Assembly: GCA_035697545.1 (NCBI GenBank)
Contig: DASSCT010000191.1
Coordinates: 1 to 55,285 of the forward strand
Length of the DNA stretch: 55,285 nucleotides
Source: Gaiellaceae bacterium
GTDB lineage: Bacteria > Actinomycetota > Thermoleophilia > Gaiellales > Gaiellaceae
Direction: 5' to 3'
The notes beneath the pieces are model-generated. The model had not been told where the DNA came from, did no database searches, and was given only the letters and a program-made list of their open reading frames with translations. The position numbers were made by a program, and so were the translations under genes. Position 1 is the stretch's first letter, and each line of letters starts with the position of its first letter. Shown piece by piece: positions 50,644-55,285 of this stretch.

Positions 50644-51771
50644 ATGACTGAGCGCGATTCAGAGATCGAATTCGACTTCTTCGAAGAGCCGACGACCGCG
50701 GAGGCCGAGCGTCCTGACCGCACACGTCGGGTCCGGCGGCCACCGCGTCCGCCGGGGCCGCCCTCCGGTCTCACGCCGCTCCTCCGGCTCATCGGACTGA
50801 TCAGCCTCGCGATCCTCCTCGTCGTCCTGCTCGTGTTCTGGATTTCCAGCTGCCGAGGCGAAGCCAAGAAGGACACCTACAGCAACTACATGGGCGACGT
50901 CGACCAGGTGGCCAACCAATCCGAGCGGATCGGCGCGTCGTTCAACACGGCGATCACGAAGCCGGACATCAGGAAGACCGAGCTCGTCCAGACCCTGGAC
51001 GGGCTCGCTCAGCAGCAGGAGCAGCTCGTCAGCTCGGCGGAGAACATCTCCGAGCCTGGACCGCTCAGGAACGAGCACGAACACATGATCGAGGCGCTGC
51101 AGTTTCGGGTCAGCGGGCTCCGCGGGATTCACGACGCCCTCTCCGCACAGACGCGCAACGCCAATCAGGCCGGCCAGCTCCTCGCGGCGCAAGCGCGCCG
51201 GCTCGTCGCCAGTGACGTCGTCTGGGACGACCAGTTCCGGGCCCCGGCGATGCAGGAGCTCCGGCGTCAGGACATTCAGGGCGTCCAGGTGCCCGACTCC
51301 AACTTCGTCCAGAACCCCGACCTCGCCACGTCGACGGCGATGAAGACGATCTGGCAACGCGTGAGCGGCGGCGGGGGCGGGACGACGACCTCACCCGGCC
51401 CGCACGGGCACAACCTCGTCTCGGTCAAGGTGCTCGGCGGCGCGACCCTGTCCCAGGACCAGCTCAACGAGATCGTCGCGACGACCGACCTCGGCTTCCA
51501 GGTGACCTTCGAGAACTCCGGCGACTCGACCGAGACCGGCGTCAAGGTCACGCTGACGATTCAGAAGACCCCCGAGCCGATCGTCCGCAGCCAGACCGTG
51601 GACATCACGGAGCCCGGGGAGGAGCAGACCGTCACCTTCCGCAACATCACCAACGTCCCGTTCGTCCGGCGAACGACCCTTCAGGTCGACGTCGACAAGG
51701 TCCCCGGCGAAACGAACCTCTCGAATAACACCGCCGAGTACCCGGTGATCTTCAGCTATCCGGGAGGGTAA
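50644..51771 (+). CDS. Hypothetical single-pass membrane protein with a CARDB-like C-terminal beta-sandwich
   Basis: Acidic, Pro-rich N-terminus. TM helix LIGLISLAILLVVLLVFWI. C-terminal VKVTLTIQK...EQTVTFRNI...ETNLSNNTAEYPVIF resembles CARDB domains. Confidence 0.65.
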   Translation: MTERDSEIEFDFFEEPTTAEAERPDRTRRVRRPPRPPGPPSGLTPLLRLIGLISLAILLVVLLVFWISSCRGEAKKDTYSNYMGDVDQVANQSERIGASFNTAITKPDIRKTELVQTLDGLAQQQEQLVSSAENISEPGPLRNEHEHMIEALQFRVSGLRGIHDALSAQTRNANQAGQLLAAQARRLVASDVVWDDQFRAPAMQELRRQDIQGVQVPDSNFVQNPDLATSTAMKTIWQRVSGGGGGTTTSPGPHGHNLVSVKVLGGATLSQDQLNEIVATTDLGFQVTFENSGDSTETGVKVTLTIQKTPEPIVRSQTVDITEPGEEQTVTFRNITNVPFVRRTTLQVDVDKVPGETNLSNNTAEYPVIFSYPGG

Positions 51772-51773
51772 TT

Positions 51774-51801
51774 TCGCCGAAAGTCTCACGACTTTCGGCG
51801 A
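51774..51801 (+). terminator. Perfect 12-bp hairpin immediately after the 50644-51771 gene
   Basis: TCGCCGAAAGTC (51774-51785), loop TCAC, then GACTTTCGGCGA (51790-51801), followed by TT. Confidence 0.6.
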
Positions 51802-51898
51802 TTGGCGGCACTCTCTCGCCGTGCAGCCCACAAGCGCTGCGCGCTTCCTTCTCTAGGGGCCGTAGCGGCGGAATGGGCAAAGCCCATCCCGCGGCGTA

Positions 51899-52387
51899 TT
51901 AGGCCGAGGACGACATGGCTCGCTCGACGGCTTCCTGCTCCTCCGGTGAGAGCGCGACTGGAGCCCGGCCATGGTCGAGCTCCTTCACGTAGATCCGCGC
52001 GTAGTCCCGGCCCTGGATCGCGCTGAACACGACTCCAGAGCGCGCGGCATCGAGGAACGCCAGCGAGGCCGACTGGTGGCCGCCGGCTCCTTCGTAGGCG
52101 TCGTAGCGGACGATCGAGGTCTTCGAGACGCATCCGTCCACGCGGCGATCGACTCTCGCCAGGCCGGCGGCGACCTCGTCCACGGCCCGATGGAGGTCGT
52201 CGATCCGCGCTTGTAACGAGACCGCGAAGTCGACGAGGTCGCCCTGGCCGCCGCCGAGAACGACCCGCTGGCCCTCGCGGAGTCTGCGGAGCTTCCTCCA
52301 CAGGTAGAAGACGGCCCCGAGCGCGAGCGCGGCGGCGAGGCACGCTGCGATCGCGATCCAAGCCGCCGTTGAGGCCGAGACGCTCAC
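51899..52387 (-). CDS. DUF4446-family protein (N-terminal TM helix)
   Basis: AAWIAIAACLAAALALGAVFYLW, followed by ...IVRYDAYEGAGGHQSASLAFLDA..SGVVFSAIQGRDYARIYVKEL, which I recognise as the DUF4446 pattern. Confidence 0.75.
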   Translation of the reverse strand: MSVSASTAAWIAIAACLAAALALGAVFYLWRKLRRLREGQRVVLGGGQGDLVDFAVSLQARIDDLHRAVDEVAAGLARVDRRVDGCVSKTSIVRYDAYEGAGGHQSASLAFLDAARSGVVFSAIQGRDYARIYVKELDHGRAPVALSPEEQEAVERAMSSSA

Positions 52388-52446
52388 GGGGGCAGATCCT
52401 AGTGACCTCTTGATAGGCGATCGGCTAGCTATCGTTTTGCCTGGTC

Positions 52447-52965
52447 ATGACCCAGGTTCTGGTGCTCAACGCCAGTTACGAGCCGCTCAACGTGTGCTCG
52501 GTCCGGCGTGCGCATGTCCTGGTCTTCAAGGGCAAGGCCGAGGTAATCGAGGCGCTGGAGCAGCCGCTGCATTCGGCCTCCGACACCTATCCGTGGCCGC
52601 ACGTCATCCGACTCGTCACCTACGTGTCCGTTCCGCGGACGGTGCAGCGCAAGATCTCGAGACGCGCGCTCTTCGCCCGCGACGGCTGGCGCTGCGCCTA
52701 CTGCGGCACCTCGAGTGGCCGGCTGACGCTCGACCACATCGTCCCCCGCAGCCGCGGCGGCGACTCGGTCTGGGAGAACGTGGTCACCTCCTGCGCCCCC
52801 TGCAACCTCAAGAAGGGCAACCGCCTCTTACACGAGATCGAGATGGTGCTGCGGACGAAGCCCCGCGTCCCCCAGCCCGTGCTCTACATCCGCCTGGCGA
52901 CGCCGAAGATCCCGGTCGGCTGGCGGCCCTACCTCCCTGACCTCGGCGAGGCCACAGCGGCCTAG
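52447..52965 (+). CDS. HNH endonuclease (conserved actinobacterial form, about 170 aa)
   Basis: RDGWRCAYCG...LTLDHIVPRSRGG..WENVVTSCAPCNLKKGN. Confidence 0.88.
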   Translation: MTQVLVLNASYEPLNVCSVRRAHVLVFKGKAEVIEALEQPLHSASDTYPWPHVIRLVTYVSVPRTVQRKISRRALFARDGWRCAYCGTSSGRLTLDHIVPRSRGGDSVWENVVTSCAPCNLKKGNRLLHEIEMVLRTKPRVPQPVLYIRLATPKIPVGWRPYLPDLGEATAA

Positions 52966-53684
52966 GCCCCGCGCTCGATCGGCAGATCGAGCGTCTCCCA
53001 CTGGCTCCACGAGCCCGGGTAGAGGCGTGCGTCGCGGCCCACGAGCGCGAGGCGATGGACGGTCACCGCCGCCGTGACCCCTGAGCCGCAGTAGGCGACG
53101 ACCTCGCCGTCGGGCAACTCGGGCAGCTCCTCGTTCCACGGCGCGTTGAGGGCGCCGGGGATCCGGCCAGGCACCTTGTCGATCGGGTTCTCCTCTCCGC
53201 GCCAGCGTGGTGCGAGCCGCGCGTCGACGAGGACGAGGCCCGGATCCCCGAGCCGGCCGGCGATCTCGTCGACGGCAACGGTGTCCCCGGAGCGTTCCCG
53301 GGGCGTGAAGACGGCGGGGCTCACCTCGTCCTCGCCTGCCGTAAGCGGGCCGAGCCAGACGTCGATGCCGCCGGCCAGCACCGCGCAGTCGTCGTGCCCG
53401 AAGTGGCGCAGAAGCCACCAGAGCCGCTCGGCGCCGCCCATGCTCCCGTATGCGACGACATGGACGCCGTCACCGATCCCTGCACGGCCGACGGTCTCCG
53501 CGAACCGCTCCGCGCTGGGAAGCGGATGCCGGCCCTCACCCTCGATGGACTGGTCGGAAAGGTCCTCGTCGACGTCGAGGAACGAGGCGCCGGGGATATG
53601 ACCCTCGAGGTAGAGCTCCCGGCCTTTGCCCGGGTTCCCGAGCTCCCAGCGGCAGTCGACGAACTGGTAGCGCGGTCGCGAGAT
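52962..53684 (-). CDS. Two-domain rhodanese (3-mercaptopyruvate/thiosulfate sulfurtransferase-like); no canonical start codon
   Basis: The active-site loop is AYCGSGVTAAV. The N-terminal domain (RYQFVDCRWELGNPGKGRELYLEGHIPGASFLD) is in frame upstream of the first ATG at 53441. That upstream stretch contains no ATG, GTG or TTG. ATC at 53684 or CTG at 53705 are the candidate starts. Confidence 0.75.
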   Translation of the reverse strand: MSRPRYQFVDCRWELGNPGKGRELYLEGHIPGASFLDVDEDLSDQSIEGEGRHPLPSAERFAETVGRAGIGDGVHVVAYGSMGGAERLWWLLRHFGHDDCAVLAGGIDVWLGPLTAGEDEVSPAVFTPRERSGDTVAVDEIAGRLGDPGLVLVDARLAPRWRGEENPIDKVPGRIPGALNAPWNEELPELPDGEVVAYCGSGVTAAVTVHRLALVGRDARLYPGSWSQWETLDLPIERGA

Positions 53685-53689
53685 GGTTG

Positions 53690-54751
53690 CTACGGCTCCG
53701 TCCAGTTGTCCGCAGCAGGCAGGCGCAAGCGCCGCCAGAGGTACCTGACGCCGAAGAAGACGGCGGTCGCATAGGCGTACCCGATGACGAGGTCGACCAC
53801 GTAGTGGTTGCCCGTGTAGACCGCTGCAAAAGACTGGAGAGCCGGATAGACCGCCGCGACGCAGACAGCTGGGATGCGCCAGCGCGTCCGCCAGAACATT
53901 GCCGAGACGAAGAGGAAGACGAGGAAGGCATAGCCGGCATGGAGCGAGGGGATCGCGGCATCCGGGTTTCCGCGCACGAGGTCATACGGCGCCCACACGG
54001 TCGTCGTCGTCGAGGGGTGGCCGCCGATCTTCTCCGCCGTGATGAGGCCGACGTCGGATGCATGCCATGGGGGCGCAGCGGGGTATAGAGCGAAGGTCAG
54101 TGCTGCGGCGAAGGAGAGCGTGACCATTGTCGTCGCGAAGCGGAAGTACAGTGCCCGCCGACGCATCCACAGCACGAACGCTAGGGTCAGTGGGACGAAT
54201 TGGTGAATTCGTGAGATCCCCAGAAGCACCGAGTCGTACCAGCGCTCAGACCCGCCCCACCACCAGTTTTGTAGGACACTTGACGGGACGCTGCCGCCGA
54301 AGAGCCACCGCTCGAGGTCGAGATGTGGCGTGAAATACGGCTCTGGTCGCAGCACGTGGGCCAGGCCGCGCAGCTCGGCGTAGACGACGATCAGCGTGAC
54401 GTACGGCACGAAGTCGAGCAGGTAGCGCCGGCCCCGGCCAATGGCGACCGCCGAGACGAAAAGGAGCAGCGCATAGCGATCCGGAGACAGGGTCAGATCG
54501 AAGACGCCGACCGCGACGGCGAGGACGGCGAGCGGGACGCCGGCCGCCAGGGCGATCTTCCTCGCATCCAGGTCAGCGCGTGGTGGGCCCCAACGCTTGC
54601 TGCGTTCGTGGCGGCGTTGCTCGCGCTCGGCGCGCGCGTCGCCTTCTGGGGCACGCCGCTGACGGCGGACGAGGGTGGCTATGCCCAGATCGCGCGACTC
54701 TGGGACAACGGTGCCGCCCTCTATCGCGGCGCCTGGGTCGACCGCCCGCAA
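53690..54751 (-). CDS. PAP2-superfamily membrane protein (PAP2_3 / IPC-synthase-like); 5' end uncertain
   Basis: The C2/C3 motifs are PSLHAGYA and GNHYVVDLVIG, and the protein is multi-TM. The N-terminal 60 aa or so of the ORF is antisense to the next gene's conserved N-terminus. Confidence 0.7.
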   Translation of the reverse strand: MRAVDPGAAIEGGTVVPESRDLGIATLVRRQRRAPEGDARAEREQRRHERSKRWGPPRADLDARKIALAAGVPLAVLAVAVGVFDLTLSPDRYALLLFVSAVAIGRGRRYLLDFVPYVTLIVVYAELRGLAHVLRPEPYFTPHLDLERWLFGGSVPSSVLQNWWWGGSERWYDSVLLGISRIHQFVPLTLAFVLWMRRRALYFRFATTMVTLSFAAALTFALYPAAPPWHASDVGLITAEKIGGHPSTTTTVWAPYDLVRGNPDAAIPSLHAGYAFLVFLFVSAMFWRTRWRIPAVCVAAVYPALQSFAAVYTGNHYVVDLVIGYAYATAVFFGVRYLWRRLRLPAADNWTEP

Positions 54752-55285
54752 GGTTTGCTGCTCGTCTATCGGGCCCTCCTGGAGCTCGGAGGCGGCTCGA
54801 CGGAATCGCTTCGGATCGCTGCGGCGGCGGTTTCGATGCTCATCGTCATTGCCACGGTAGTCGTGGCCGTTCGAATCTGCGGAACGATAGAAGCGATCGC
54901 CGCCGGCCTGCTACTTGCAACGTTTGCCGCATCCCCGTTCATCGAGTCGTTCACGTTGTCCGGCGAGCTGTTGGCGGCTTTTCCGGCAGTGCTCTCCCTG
55001 CTCGCGTTCACGGCCTACCTCCGGAGCGGCCACCTAGTCTGGCTGGCCGTCGCGGGGCTCCTCACCGGCTGTGCGGTCATGATCAAGCAATCCGCCTTCG
55101 ACGCAGGGCTCGCAGCGGTCGCGTTCCTGCTCGTCACCGAGCGCAGGCGCGCCTACGGCGTGGTGATCCTCGTGTTGGCGGCGCTCGTGCCGGTCGCGAT
55201 CGCTGCGTGGACCGCGCCACACACCAACGACTGGTGGAACGCCGTGGTTGCCTACCGCGCGGACGGCGATTCCCTCCTTACCGGC
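54566..55285 (+). CDS. GT-C (ArnT/PMT_2-like) glycosyltransferase, N-terminal part (3' end outside the window; start uncertain)
   Basis: The open frame reads ...AWWAPTLAAFVAALLALGARVAFWGTPLTADEGGYAQIARLWDNGAALYRGAWVDRPQG..., followed by several TM helices running to the window edge. It is not in the ORF track because it has no stop. The nearest canonical start is GTG 54608 (inside TM1); ATG 54323 lies far upstream. Confidence 0.65.
   Translation, partial: MQVSAWWAPTLAAFVAALLALGARVAFWGTPLTADEGGYAQIARLWDNGAALYRGAWVDRPQGLLLVYRALLELGGGSTESLRIAAAAVSMLIVIATVVVAVRICGTIEAIAAGLLLATFAASPFIESFTLSGELLAAFPAVLSLLAFTAYLRSGHLVWLAVAGLLTGCAVMIKQSAFDAGLAAVAFLLVTERRRAYGVVILVLAALVPVAIAAWTAPHTNDWWNAVVAYRADGDSLLTG

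Overview
This is a very GC-rich (judged by eye, not computed), densely packed chromosomal segment with actinobacterial gene content and synteny. My guess is a deep-branching Actinomycetota such as Thermoleophilia or Rubrobacteria, at low confidence. I call about 57 protein genes, many joined by 1-26 nt start/stop overlaps.

Main blocks, in window order:
- A GAF-GAF histidine kinase and NarL-type regulator sit behind a stand-alone TrpB2 and a metallophosphoesterase.
- A DEAD-box helicase.
- A polar amino-acid ABC transporter.
- A proline-repeat surface-protein locus and a Kelch protein.
- ctaC (with fused cytochrome c), ctaD and ctaB.
- A minus-strand pentose-phosphate operon, rpiB-tal-pgi-gnd-zwf-opcA. 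It runs without a gap into a soluble PAS histidine kinase and an OmpR-type regulator. tkt diverges from it across a 22-nt spacer.
- dcd, an aldo/keto reductase and an SDR.
- A multicopper oxidase, dinB, pdxH and gabT.
- A DHA2-type MFS transporter with a MarR-like tail, coupled to a Ser/Thr kinase.
- The cell-wall signalling operon (polytopic STPK)-fhaA-fhaB-pstP-rodA-pbpA-pknB-ddl.
- A tail of a CARDB-like protein, DUF4446, HNH endonuclease, rhodanese, PAP2 and a GT-C glycosyltransferase.

I saw no rRNA, tRNA, CRISPR array, transposase, integrase, phage gene or recognisable defence gene. The window looks like core genome, and I did not find a clear-cut novel multi-gene system.

The most noteworthy observations:
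1. The two-component pair is embedded in the pentose-phosphate operon, in the position where pgl normally sits.
2. An unusual polytopic Ser/Thr kinase heads the FHA/PASTA operon, and ddl is translationally coupled to pknB.
3. The (PPPPL)n surface-protein locus is split over three reading frames.
4. Three or four genes have recognisable N-termini that lie upstream of any ATG/GTG/TTG codon.
5. A small family of intergenic 13-nt palindromes recurs, and paired palindromic hairpins sit between the GAF kinase and its regulator.
6. An MFS transporter is fused to a MarR-like domain.

All functional calls come from reading the translated ORFs for motifs. No database search was run.
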